Assembly: GCA_965222075.1 (NCBI GenBank)
Contig: OZ244937.1
Span: 2,688,001 to 2,752,000 of the forward strand
DNA: 64,000 bases
Direction: 5' to 3'
Source: Candidatus Latescibacterota bacterium
GTDB lineage: Bacteria > Latescibacterota > UBA2968 > GCA-2709665
Shown: positions 28,868 through 38,040 of the stretch, in pieces
Layout of the letters: every line of letters begins with the position of its first letter
Position numbering within the stretch: position 1 is the first letter of the stretch
Translations under genes and position numbers: made by a program
The notes under the pieces: model-generated
The model's input: only the letters and a program-made list of their open reading frames with translations
What the model was told of the DNA's origin: nothing
Database searches by the model: none

Positions 28868-31012
28868 ATGGACCTCAACGATCCCCAGCTCTATACCAAC
28901 CGGGAACTCTCCTGGCTCAGCTTCAACGAGCGCGTGCTTCAGGAAGCCCAGGATCCCAACAATCCCCTCCTGGAACGCGTCAGGTTTCTCGCCCATGTGG
29001 CGAACAACTTAGATGAGTTCTTCGAGGTTCGCGTCGCCGGCCTGCTGCAGCAGATGGAAGCAGGTGTATCAGAATCCGGTCCGGACGGCATGCTCCCCGA
29101 AGAACAGCTTCAGGCCATTTCCAGGGAGGCCCACCGCCTGGTAGACGAACAGTATGCTTTCTGGAACGAGGAACTGCTTCCGGCCCTGCATGAGGCCGAC
29201 GTTCACATCCGTTGTCTGGACAGCGTGTCCGATTCTGAGCGGACATTTATCCAGGACTACTGCAAACGGGAACTCCACCCCGTGCTGACCCCACTTACGG
29301 TGAGTCCGGCGCACCCCTTTCCATCGGTTGTCAACAAGGCCCTCTGCCTGGCTGTACTCCTGAAAAGCAAAGAAAACGAAACCCTCTTTGGGGTCGTCAC
29401 GGTCCCCCGCATCCTCCCCCGTCTCATCCGGCTGCCCAGGGAGGGGGAGGGACGGCGTGTGGACTACGTCTTCTTAGCTGACCTGGTCCGGGCGCACCTC
29501 CCGGAGCTCTTCCGGGGCTACCGGATCATGGGCACGGCCGCCTTTCGGGCTACCCGGAACAGCGACCTCTACCTGGACGAAGAAGAGGCCGAGGACCTCC
29601 TGCTGGCCATCGAAGACGAACTGAAGCACCGACGCAAAGGAGACACGGTCAGGCTGGAGATCGATGCCAGCGCGCCCGAAAAAATCGTACAGCGCCTCAA
29701 GATGATCTACAATTTGGGGAAGGACCAGGTCTATCGGGTGCACGGGCCGGTGAACTTGAACCGGCTGATGATGCTCTACAGCGACACCCCCCGCCCGGAC
29801 CTGAAGTACCCGCCCTACCAGCCGGTCGAACCTCCCCTCGGTAAAACCTTAGAGCACCTCTTTGCGCAGATCCGGCAGCGGGACATCCTGCTGCACCACC
29901 CCTACGATTCCTTCAACGCCGTCGTGCAGTTTGTAACCGCAGCGGCCGAAGACGCAAAGGTGCTGGCCATCAAGCAGACCCTCTACCGGACCAGTGAAGA
30001 GTCGCCGATCATGGAGGCGCTCATCAAGGCCGCAGAAGCGGGCAAGGAAGTGACGGTCGTGGTTGAACTGAAGGCCCGTTTCGACGAGGCCTCCAACATC
30101 CGGTGGGCCCGGCAGCTTCAGGATGCGGGCGTATGCGTGGTCTACGGCGTGGTGGGGCTCAAAACCCACTGCAAGCTCTTGCTGCTGGTCCGCCAGGAGG
30201 CCGACGGCCTCCGGCGCTACGCCCACATCGGCACAGGAAATTACAATCCCGCTACGGCCCGGGGGTATACCGACCTGGGCCTGATGACCGCCAGGGAGGA
30301 CATCACTGCCGACGCGGCGGAGGTCTTCAACCTCCTCACCACCCAGTCGCCCCACCCCCAGGTCAAGAAATTCCTGGTGGCGCCCTTTACCATGCTGGAT
30401 CAGATGCTGGAAAAGATCGACCGTGAGATCGAACACGCCAGGGCCGGCCGGCCCGCCCACATCTGGGGCAAGATGAACGCCCTGGAGGATCCGAAAGTCA
30501 TTCACGCCCTTTACGAGGCGTCTCAAAACGGCGTTGAGATCGATCTGATTGTTCGCGGCATCTGCTGCCTCCGCCCGGGGATTCAAGGGGTGAGCGACCG
30601 AATCCGTATCCGGAGCATCGTGGGGCGCTATTTAGAGCACAGCCGCATCTACTCCTTTGAAAACGGAGGCAGTTCGGAGGTCTACATCGGCAGCGCCGAC
30701 TGGATGCCGCGCAACCTCCGGCGGCGGGTGGAGGTCCTCTGCCCGGTGGAAGATCCGGAACTTGCCCGGAGGCTGAGGTCTCAGATCCTTTCCGCCTGTC
30801 TGGTTGACACGGTGAAGGCCAGAGAACTCCTGTCCGACGGCTCCCACCGACGGATAGCCTCTTCCGATGGGCTGCCTTCCCTCTCCGGACAGGATGCCCT
30901 GATGGCGCTGGCCCGGGGAGAGCCGGTCGATATTCCGGACCTCTTCTCCCCGTTCGATCCGTCAGCCCGGCAGGCCGCTTCCAGGGGTAACGGCTTCGTC
31001 GTTGAAAAATAA
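28868..31012 (+). CDS. ppk1: Polyphosphate kinase 1
   Basis: NRELSWLSFNERVL, LLHHPYDSF, ELKARFDE, KTHCK, GTGNYN, GRYLEHSRI, GSADWMPRNL. Confidence 0.96.
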   Translation: MDLNDPQLYTNRELSWLSFNERVLQEAQDPNNPLLERVRFLAHVANNLDEFFEVRVAGLLQQMEAGVSESGPDGMLPEEQLQAISREAHRLVDEQYAFWNEELLPALHEADVHIRCLDSVSDSERTFIQDYCKRELHPVLTPLTVSPAHPFPSVVNKALCLAVLLKSKENETLFGVVTVPRILPRLIRLPREGEGRRVDYVFLADLVRAHLPELFRGYRIMGTAAFRATRNSDLYLDEEEAEDLLLAIEDELKHRRKGDTVRLEIDASAPEKIVQRLKMIYNLGKDQVYRVHGPVNLNRLMMLYSDTPRPDLKYPPYQPVEPPLGKTLEHLFAQIRQRDILLHHPYDSFNAVVQFVTAAAEDAKVLAIKQTLYRTSEESPIMEALIKAAEAGKEVTVVVELKARFDEASNIRWARQLQDAGVCVVYGVVGLKTHCKLLLLVRQEADGLRRYAHIGTGNYNPATARGYTDLGLMTAREDITADAAEVFNLLTTQSPHPQVKKFLVAPFTMLDQMLEKIDREIEHARAGRPAHIWGKMNALEDPKVIHALYEASQNGVEIDLIVRGICCLRPGIQGVSDRIRIRSIVGRYLEHSRIYSFENGGSSEVYIGSADWMPRNLRRRVEVLCPVEDPELARRLRSQILSACLVDTVKARELLSDGSHRRIASSDGLPSLSGQDALMALARGEPVDIPDLFSPFDPSARQAASRGNGFVVEK

Positions 31013-31045
31013 AAAACCGGGCTGTCGCCTTCCGACAGCCCGGTT
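31011..31045. terminator. Terminator hairpin between convergent ppk1 and phoR
   Basis: AACCGGGCTGTCG-CCTTC-CGACAGCCCGGTT with an A-run on the left. Confidence 0.75.
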
Positions 31046-31083
31046 GTCTCCAGGGCACGGCTTTCGTTCTCTACATCCTCCGA

Positions 31084-32943
31084 CTATACAACCACCGGCA
31101 GCGTAAACCCGAACGTCGACCCCTTCCCCAGTTCGCTCCTGGCATAGACCCGTTCCCCGTGGGCCTCCACAATGTGCCGGACGATTGACAGCCCCAGTCC
31201 GGTCCCCCCCATTGCGCGCGAACGCCCCTTGTCCACCCGGTAGAACCGTTCGAACACCCGGGGCAGGGCATCGGAGGAGATGCCGATCCCCGTATCGGTC
31301 ACCTCCAATACAATCCGCGCCTCCGCTCCCTCTCCATCCGGCGCCGGGCGTTCTCCCGCTTCAGGTGAGACGGAAGGGATCGATAGTTCACTCCCGCTGT
31401 CCGTCCCCACAAAAGAGCGGACCACCACCCACACCGACCCGCCGTTCGGCGTATATTTCACAGCATTGTCCAAAAGGTTGATCAGCGTCTGTTCGATCAG
31501 CTTGGGGTCGCACCGCACCTCGACCTCTTCCGGGACGTCGAGGTTAATGGCGATCTCCTTCTCCTCGGCGCTCTGCACCACCGAACCGACCCCCGTCTGA
31601 ACCACCCGTCGTATCGGGCAGACCTCGGGCGCCAGTTCCAGCTTTCCCGACTCCAGCCGGGAAAGGTCTAAGAGATCGTCTAACAGGTGCTGCAGGCGGT
31701 CGGAATGGGAAAGGATGGTCTGCACAAACCGCTCGGCCACCGCACGGTCGGCAAGCGCGCGCTCCACCAGCGTCTCCGCACACCCCTTGATCGCTGTAAG
31801 CGGGGTGCGCAGTTCGTGGGAGACATTGGCCACAAAATCCTTCCGCACCCGCTCCAGTCGGAGCAGTTCCGTAATATCGTAAAACACCGTCACCGATCCG
31901 ATGCAGGCGTCCTCCTGCAAAATGGGCGCGACATGCACATCCAGATGCCACTCCGGTACCCCGGGCAGCGTCATCCCCTGCGTTGTCGCCCTCCCTGTTG
32001 CCAGGGTGCGCTCGATCGCCTCTTGCACCTCTCCGCTGCGGACCAGTTCCACCGGCATCCGCCCCTCTGCGGGTCCGGTCGTTCCAAACAACCTCTCGAA
32101 GGCCCGGTTGATCATCTGCACGTGCCCATCCCGATCCGTAACCAGCATCCCCTCGGCAATGCTGTCCAGAACCGCTTCTAAGCGCGATTTCTCCACCGTA
32201 ATCTGCCCGATGCGCTCCTGAATCTGCCGGCGCATCCCGTCCAGGGCCCCCGCCAGATCCCGCAGTTCCCGCACCGACACCCCAGGCGCCTGGGTCTCCC
32301 CCGTGAAATCGCCCGACGCCACAGCCCGGGCCACCTGTGTCATGTCCACAATCGGACGCGACACAAATCGGGATCCCCCGTAGGCCAGCGCCAGGGCCAG
32401 CGCCAGAGCCAGCACCGAAGCCGCCCAGATCGCGTCGTGGATGCGTTTTTGAATCTGCCCCACATCCCGCACAGGCATGGCCAGACGCATCACAACCCGC
32501 CCGTCTCCCACACCGGGGACCACCTCGGCCACATAGAGCATCTCCTGCTTCAGCGTTGCGCTGTAGCGCAAGCTGCGTCCCATCCGTCCACTCCAGGCCT
32601 CCCGGACCTCCGGACGGTCGGCGTGGTTCTCCAGACCCGCCAGGTCCTCTAAGCGCACCTCCGAATCTCCCAGCACGCGCCCGGTCCCGTCGGTTACCGT
32701 CGCGCGCACCCCCAGTCGCTGCCCCAGCAGGTCGGCCAGGCCGTCCAGCGTCTCCGGCGGCGGCCGGTCCGACAGGTCGCGCCTCAGGTAGGCCCCGGCT
32801 AAGCGGACTTCGCGGGTGAGGGTATCGCCGAGCTGCCCCACCAGGAACGCCCGCATAGCCCGGTCCAGGTAGAGGTGCACCGACGCCACCACCAGGACGA
32901 TCACCGAGGTGTAGGTCAACATCAGCTTCCAGTGCAGGCGCAT
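31084..32943 (-). CDS. phoR: Phosphate regulon sensor histidine kinase (HAMP-PAS-HisKA-HATPase)
   Basis: ENHADRPEV, DFVANVSHELRTPLT, NLLDNAVKYT, FERFYRVDKGRSR..GGTGLGLSI. Confidence 0.92.
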   Translation of the reverse strand: MRLHWKLMLTYTSVIVLVVASVHLYLDRAMRAFLVGQLGDTLTREVRLAGAYLRRDLSDRPPPETLDGLADLLGQRLGVRATVTDGTGRVLGDSEVRLEDLAGLENHADRPEVREAWSGRMGRSLRYSATLKQEMLYVAEVVPGVGDGRVVMRLAMPVRDVGQIQKRIHDAIWAASVLALALALALAYGGSRFVSRPIVDMTQVARAVASGDFTGETQAPGVSVRELRDLAGALDGMRRQIQERIGQITVEKSRLEAVLDSIAEGMLVTDRDGHVQMINRAFERLFGTTGPAEGRMPVELVRSGEVQEAIERTLATGRATTQGMTLPGVPEWHLDVHVAPILQEDACIGSVTVFYDITELLRLERVRKDFVANVSHELRTPLTAIKGCAETLVERALADRAVAERFVQTILSHSDRLQHLLDDLLDLSRLESGKLELAPEVCPIRRVVQTGVGSVVQSAEEKEIAINLDVPEEVEVRCDPKLIEQTLINLLDNAVKYTPNGGSVWVVVRSFVGTDSGSELSIPSVSPEAGERPAPDGEGAEARIVLEVTDTGIGISSDALPRVFERFYRVDKGRSRAMGGTGLGLSIVRHIVEAHGERVYARSELGKGSTFGFTLPVVV

Positions 32944-32944
32944 C

Positions 32945-33658
32945 CTACGAAACCTCCGGCCTGAAGCGGTATCCCACCCCGCGCACCGTCTCCACCAAAT
33001 CGCTCGTCTCGCTTAGCTTCTCCCGCAGACGCCGGATGTGGGTGTCCACCGTGCGCCCGTAGCCGGCGTATTCGTAGCCCCATACGGAATTGAGCAGGTC
33101 CTCCCGGGACTGCACGCGCCCCCGCCGTTCGATCAGCGTCACCAGCAGCTTGAACTCGGTAGACGTCAGGGCCAGCGGCTCTCCATCTAAGAAGGCCCGG
33201 TGCGCGGCCAGATCGACCGTCAGCGGCCCTATCCGGATCTCTCCCGCCGTGCCGGGTGCATCCCTAACCTCTGCCTGCATGCGGCGCAGGATCGCCCGGA
33301 TCCGAAGGACCAACTCCCTGGGGGAAAAGGGTTTGACCACATAGTCGTCCGCGCCCAGTTCCAGCCCCACAATCCGGTCCACCTCTTCTGAACGGGCCGT
33401 GAGCATCAAAATCGGCACATCCCGCGTCCTCACGTCCTGCTTCAACAGCTTACAGACCTCTAAGCCGTCGATGCCCGGCAGCATCAAGTCCAGCACAATC
33501 AGCACCGGAAGCGCCTCGCGAACTGCTTCTAAGGCAGTCTCCCCGTCCTCAGCAGTGATCACGTCGAACCCTGCCTGTTCCAGGTTGTACTGGACCATCT
33601 CTGAGATATCGCGTTCATCTTCGACCAACAGAATCTTACCGTCATCCAAATCCCTCAT
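32945..33658 (-). CDS. phoB: OmpR-family response regulator PhoB/PhoP
   Basis: ILLVEDE, LDLMLPG, GADDYVVKPFSPREL, RTVDTHIRRLREKL, ETVRGVGY; upstream of phoR. Confidence 0.88.
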   Translation of the reverse strand: MRDLDDGKILLVEDERDISEMVQYNLEQAGFDVITAEDGETALEAVREALPVLIVLDLMLPGIDGLEVCKLLKQDVRTRDVPILMLTARSEEVDRIVGLELGADDYVVKPFSPRELVLRIRAILRRMQAEVRDAPGTAGEIRIGPLTVDLAAHRAFLDGEPLALTSTEFKLLVTLIERRGRVQSREDLLNSVWGYEYAGYGRTVDTHIRRLREKLSETSDLVETVRGVGYRFRPEVS

Positions 33659-33848
33659 CCCTTTTTCGCCTTTCTCTTTCGCGCCAAATGCTCCAGGGGC
33701 CAGGGTCTCCGCCAATAAACAAAGAATGGAGGTACAGGTCCTCACCCAAGACAAAGACCTGACCTCCACATTTGGTCACGCGTTGAAACACATCCCCAGG
33801 TGGCGGAGTGGAACGCGCGGCGTTCAACTGGTGACTCACAACCCAACT

Positions 33849-34103
33849 TTACACCGGCCGTACTACGCTCGACTGATAGCAGGACCGGTGTGCGCCACAC
33901 GTATTCGGACATGCATATCCATCGTCAGGTCCGAAGGGGCCCATCGTGCGAAGGCACCAGTAGTCTGTCGTGGCGGCATCCTCGGCCAGATAGGTCGCAG
34001 GAGGATCGTCTGAAATATAGTACCGCTTGGTCCGCAGATTCTTGCAGAACTCCAGATTCGATCCGGTCAAGTTCATGTCATCGGCCATCGTGGATACCCT
34101 CAT
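33849..34103 (-). CDS. Small Cys-rich hypothetical protein at the end of the molybdo-oxidoreductase operon
   Basis: Starts right after the FAD-subunit stop; CKNLRTK...YWCLRTMGPFGPDD..C...C....C. Confidence 0.6.
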   Translation of the reverse strand: MRVSTMADDMNLTGSNLEFCKNLRTKRYYISDDPPATYLAEDAATTDYWCLRTMGPFGPDDGYACPNTCGAHRSCYQSSVVRPV

Positions 34104-34104
34104 A

Positions 34105-35085
34105 TCATGCGCCCGCCGCCAGAACCGCGCGCCTTATCAGCGCCCGGGTCAGCGGCACCTTGTATGCATTGTGAGCCAGAGGCAATGCCTCGGCCAGGGC
34201 GGCCTCTGCAGCCTGGGCCGCCACATCCCCGGTTAAGCGTTTACCCGTTAACACCTTCTCCGCCCCCACCGCCGACCAGGGCCTGGGCGCCACGCCTCCC
34301 AGCACCACCCGCGCCGACCGGCAGATCCCGCCTTCCACCCGGATCGCCGCTGCGACGGCCGAAAGGGCAAAATCCATACTCCCCTTCTCATTGAATTTGA
34401 GGTACACGCTCACTGTGCCCGGCCTGGGCCTGGGAACCTCCACCCCGGTTACCACCTCGTTCGGCCCCAGCACGGTTTCCTGCCGTAGCCGCTCTCTGGG
34501 CAGAACGTAAAAGTCCTCCAGGTCCAGCTTCCGGCCTCCCGCAGGCCCCTGGATCTCTACCACGGCCCCCAGCGCAATCAGCGCCGGCGCCAGATCGGAC
34601 GGGTGGACAATATAGCTGGGACCGCCCCCCAGGATGGCGTGGTACTTGTTGTTGCCGTCAACAGCATAACAGATGTGCCCGCCCTTCTTCAGGCAGGGAA
34701 ACGCACTGTCCCGATAGTACCAACACCGGGGGCGCTGGCAGAGGTTGCCGCCGAGGGTGCCCACATTTCGGATCTGAAGCGAACCGACTGACTCAGCGGC
34801 CTGCGCCAGCGCCGCATACGCAGAGCGGATCACCTCATCCGAAGCAATCTCCGTCAGCGTGGTCGTCGCCCCGATCTCCAGCTTCCGCTTCCTGTGGCGG
34901 ATATACCTCAGATCCGGCAGCGCTTTCAGGTTCACCAAGCGGTCCGGAGCGATCAGGTCGTCCTTGAGTTCCCCCAGGAGATCGACTCCCCCCGCAATAA
35001 CCACCGCCTTCCGGTCCTGCTTTCGACTCAAGAGCGCTGGAATCTCTTTCAGGCTGGATGGATTGACATATTCGAACGCATTCAC
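34105..35085 (-). CDS. Xanthine dehydrogenase family FAD-binding subunit (PaoB/YagS-like)
   Basis: AGGVDL, QIRNVGTLGGNLCQRPRCWYYR...CLKKGG..C, HPSD, NAYKV. Confidence 0.92.
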   Translation of the reverse strand: MNAFEYVNPSSLKEIPALLSRKQDRKAVVIAGGVDLLGELKDDLIAPDRLVNLKALPDLRYIRHRKRKLEIGATTTLTEIASDEVIRSAYAALAQAAESVGSLQIRNVGTLGGNLCQRPRCWYYRDSAFPCLKKGGHICYAVDGNNKYHAILGGGPSYIVHPSDLAPALIALGAVVEIQGPAGGRKLDLEDFYVLPRERLRQETVLGPNEVVTGVEVPRPRPGTVSVYLKFNEKGSMDFALSAVAAAIRVEGGICRSARVVLGGVAPRPWSAVGAEKVLTGKRLTGDVAAQAAEAALAEALPLAHNAYKVPLTRALIRRAVLAAGA

Positions 35086-35100
35086 AGTCGCCTCTCCTTA

Positions 35101-37218
35101 TCAGACCTTGCCCAGGGCAGTCAGTACCTTATCCGGCGTCATCGGAAACTCCCGAACCCGCACCCCGATGGCGTTGTGTACAGCATTGGCCAGGGCGCCC
35201 AAAATCGGAATCGCCGGCGCCTCGCCCAGCCCGATCACGCCCCGTTCGGGCATGTCCATCGTAATCGGTTCGATTTCGGGCGTCTCCAGCGCCCCGGCAA
35301 TCTTATAGTTCTCAAAGTCCGGGTTCAGCATCATTCCCGTCAGGTCGTCCATCAGGCGGTTTTCTAAAAGCGCATAGCTGATCCCGCCGATCACCCCGCC
35401 GATGATCTGGCTCTCGGCCGTCAGCTTGTCCACCACCAGCCCGCAGTCGTTAATCGCCACCACCTTGATCGGCTGAATCCGTCCCGTCTCCACGTCCACG
35501 TCCACCTCCACGAAATGCACGCCGGCCACCCCCTGGCTGGAAAACCCCGCGCCCCACTCCGCCACCACCATCACCGAATCTCCACCAAGCTGTGCCGTCA
35601 CCTCCCGCCAGTCCCAGCTCTTCCCATTCCCCTTAACGTGTACCCGGCCGTCCCGTGCCTCAAGCTGGTCCGCCGCTACGCCCAGAGTTGAGGCAACGCG
35701 CCCAAAAAGCTGTTCCTTGGCCTGCCGGGCGGCAATTTTAACCGCAGGCACCGTCGAGGGCGTGGTCGTACTTCCCCCGCTGGCCCTGCCCGGTGGAAAC
35801 TGGCTGTCCCCAATATGCGACCGGACATCCTCCAGCTGCAGCCCCAGTTCCTCTGCGGCCACCATTGCAATCAGCGTCCGAATGCCCGTCCCGATATCCT
35901 GTGTCGCGCTCCTGGCATCCACACTCCCGTCCGGATGAATGCTCACCTCCGCAAACGTATTCCGCACGCCACGACCGCCCCACAGCCCGACTCCGACCCC
36001 GATGCCCCGCTTGACCGGACCCTCGCCCGAACCGGCCACCCGATTCCTCCGGCGCCAGCCGATCCGCTCCGCCCCGATCTCGTACTGCTTCAACCGGATC
36101 TCGTTGTGCGCCGAATCGTTTCGCTTCCGGAACTCCAGTGGGTCCATCCCCAGCGCCTCGGCCAGTTCGTCCATCGCAGAGTCCATGGCGAACGCCGCCT
36201 GGGGATGTCCCGGCGCCCGCATCGCCCGGGCCCCGCCCGCATTGATGTGTACATCTTTCAGTTCCACCTTCCGGTTGGGCACCTGGAACACGTAGGGCAG
36301 GGGAATATTTCCCACGCCGGTAACACCGCCCGTGCCATAGCTGCTGGAGTGAAAAGCCGTCAAACCGCCGTCCTTTTTTCCCCCCATCCTGATCTTCATA
36401 ATCGCCGACGGGCGGTTGCCCACACAGAGGTGCTCCTCCTTCCGGCTCAGCATCAGCTTCACCGGCGCCCCCGCCTGTTTGGCCAGCCGTGCGGCAACCA
36501 GCCCTTCAACCCCCGGGCCGAACTTGCTTCCAAACCCACCCCCCACATGCTCGCTGATCACCCGCACCTGGCTTTTGGGAATCTTGAACCAGTCGGCCAG
36601 ATTGCCCTGCACGCCCACAACCCCCTGGGTGGAGCACCACACCGTCAGTTCATCCCCATCCCATCGGGCCACGGCCCCGTGGGTCTCTAAGGAACTGTGG
36701 GTCTGCACCGGCACCCGATAGGTCGCCTCAATCACCTGATCCGCCCCGGCAAACCCCGCCTTGATATCCCCTTGCTCCCTCTGCCGCCGCTTGGGGATCT
36801 CCACATTCCCATTTGGATGGATCTGCGGCGCTACGGGCGCCATCGACTCCTCTTCCACCACAGAAAAGGGCAGCTCTTCGTAGGCCACGTCGATCCACCG
36901 CAGCGCCTCCTCGGCCGCCTCCGGGCTCACCGCCGCCACTGCGGCCACCTCCTCCCCGGCGTAGCGCACCGTCTCCCGCTCGGGCAGCCTGAGGTTAATC
37001 ACGGCCTTCATACCCGGATGCGCCTCTGCCCGGCTCAGATCGACTTTGACCACCTTCGCGTGGGGGTGCGGAGACCGCAGGATCTTTCCGTAAAGCATAC
37101 CGGGCAGGCTGATATCGTAGGTATACTTCGCCCGCCCGGTCACCTTGTCGGCCGCATCCAGCCTGTTGACCTCTGTCCCCGTGAGATACCGCGGGCCCCA
37201 GTCTTTCATCTCTGCCAT
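35101..37218 (-). CDS. Xanthine dehydrogenase family molybdopterin-binding subunit (PaoC/YagR-like)
   Basis: KVTGRAKY, RSPHPHA, GGGFGSK, AMRAPG, QDIGTG, SGGSTT, GLGEAP. Confidence 0.92.
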   Translation of the reverse strand: MAEMKDWGPRYLTGTEVNRLDAADKVTGRAKYTYDISLPGMLYGKILRSPHPHAKVVKVDLSRAEAHPGMKAVINLRLPERETVRYAGEEVAAVAAVSPEAAEEALRWIDVAYEELPFSVVEEESMAPVAPQIHPNGNVEIPKRRQREQGDIKAGFAGADQVIEATYRVPVQTHSSLETHGAVARWDGDELTVWCSTQGVVGVQGNLADWFKIPKSQVRVISEHVGGGFGSKFGPGVEGLVAARLAKQAGAPVKLMLSRKEEHLCVGNRPSAIMKIRMGGKKDGGLTAFHSSSYGTGGVTGVGNIPLPYVFQVPNRKVELKDVHINAGGARAMRAPGHPQAAFAMDSAMDELAEALGMDPLEFRKRNDSAHNEIRLKQYEIGAERIGWRRRNRVAGSGEGPVKRGIGVGVGLWGGRGVRNTFAEVSIHPDGSVDARSATQDIGTGIRTLIAMVAAEELGLQLEDVRSHIGDSQFPPGRASGGSTTTPSTVPAVKIAARQAKEQLFGRVASTLGVAADQLEARDGRVHVKGNGKSWDWREVTAQLGGDSVMVVAEWGAGFSSQGVAGVHFVEVDVDVETGRIQPIKVVAINDCGLVVDKLTAESQIIGGVIGGISYALLENRLMDDLTGMMLNPDFENYKIAGALETPEIEPITMDMPERGVIGLGEAPAIPILGALANAVHNAIGVRVREFPMTPDKVLTALGKV

Positions 37219-37221
37219 GGC

Positions 37222-37851
37222 TCAGCCCTCCCCTCGCTGCATCTTAGCCGCCGCGAGCGCGGCCTCAAATACCCTTGGATAGGTGCCGCAGCGACAGAGA
37301 TTTCCCGAAACCGCGGCCTTCACATCTTCCAGCGTCGGGTTCGGGTTCCGGTCCAGAAGCGCCTTTACGGACATCACAAAACCCGGCGTGCAGAACCCGC
37401 ACATCAGGGCGTCGTGCCGGATAAAAGCCTCCTGAACCGGATCGAGCCGGTCGCCGTCGGCCAGGCCCTCAACGGTCGTAATCTCCTTCCCGGCCCCATC
37501 CACCGCCAGCATCATACAGGAATAGACTGGCTGGCCGTCCATCAGCACCGTACACCCGCCGCAGGACCCCCGTTCGCAGATCGGTTTGGGCCCGGTGATA
37601 CCCAGCCGATCGCGCAGCGCCTCCAGCAGCGTATGCCGGGGCTCAACCGCCACCTGGTGGGCCGCGCTGTTCACCCTCAACGAAATCCGGACAGCACCCG
37701 GCCCCAGCCGCTTGCCCGACGCGGCCTCACTCTCCACAGGCGAAATACCGGCCGACAGCAGACCCGTTGCGGCAACGCCGGTGCCCATCCCTTTCAAAAA
37801 CTCACGGCGCGAGACCTCCGACGGCGCATCTGCCTTTGCCTGTTCTTTCAC
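37222..37851 (-). CDS. 2Fe-2S subunit with Tat signal (PaoA/YagT-like)
   Basis: SRREFLK twin-arginine motif; CERGSCGGC, CGFCTPG, NLCRCG; AGGAGG before GTG 37851. Confidence 0.92.
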   Translation of the reverse strand: MKEQAKADAPSEVSRREFLKGMGTGVAATGLLSAGISPVESEAASGKRLGPGAVRISLRVNSAAHQVAVEPRHTLLEALRDRLGITGPKPICERGSCGGCTVLMDGQPVYSCMMLAVDGAGKEITTVEGLADGDRLDPVQEAFIRHDALMCGFCTPGFVMSVKALLDRNPNPTLEDVKAAVSGNLCRCGTYPRVFEAALAAAKMQRGEG

Positions 37852-38040
37852 AAGACCACCTCCTTCAGTGCTTGAAGATCGCATCATGATGCCGTGTGGA
37901 CCATGGACAAAAACAGGTCCTTTCCGTCGTCTGTCGTCCTATCATAATTTTTTCGCCAGGATCTTTGAAGAACCGTATAAATCATGAATCCTTTTTTTGC
38001 TATTGTCAAGAAAATAAGAGCCACCTTCAGTGGCTCCGTG

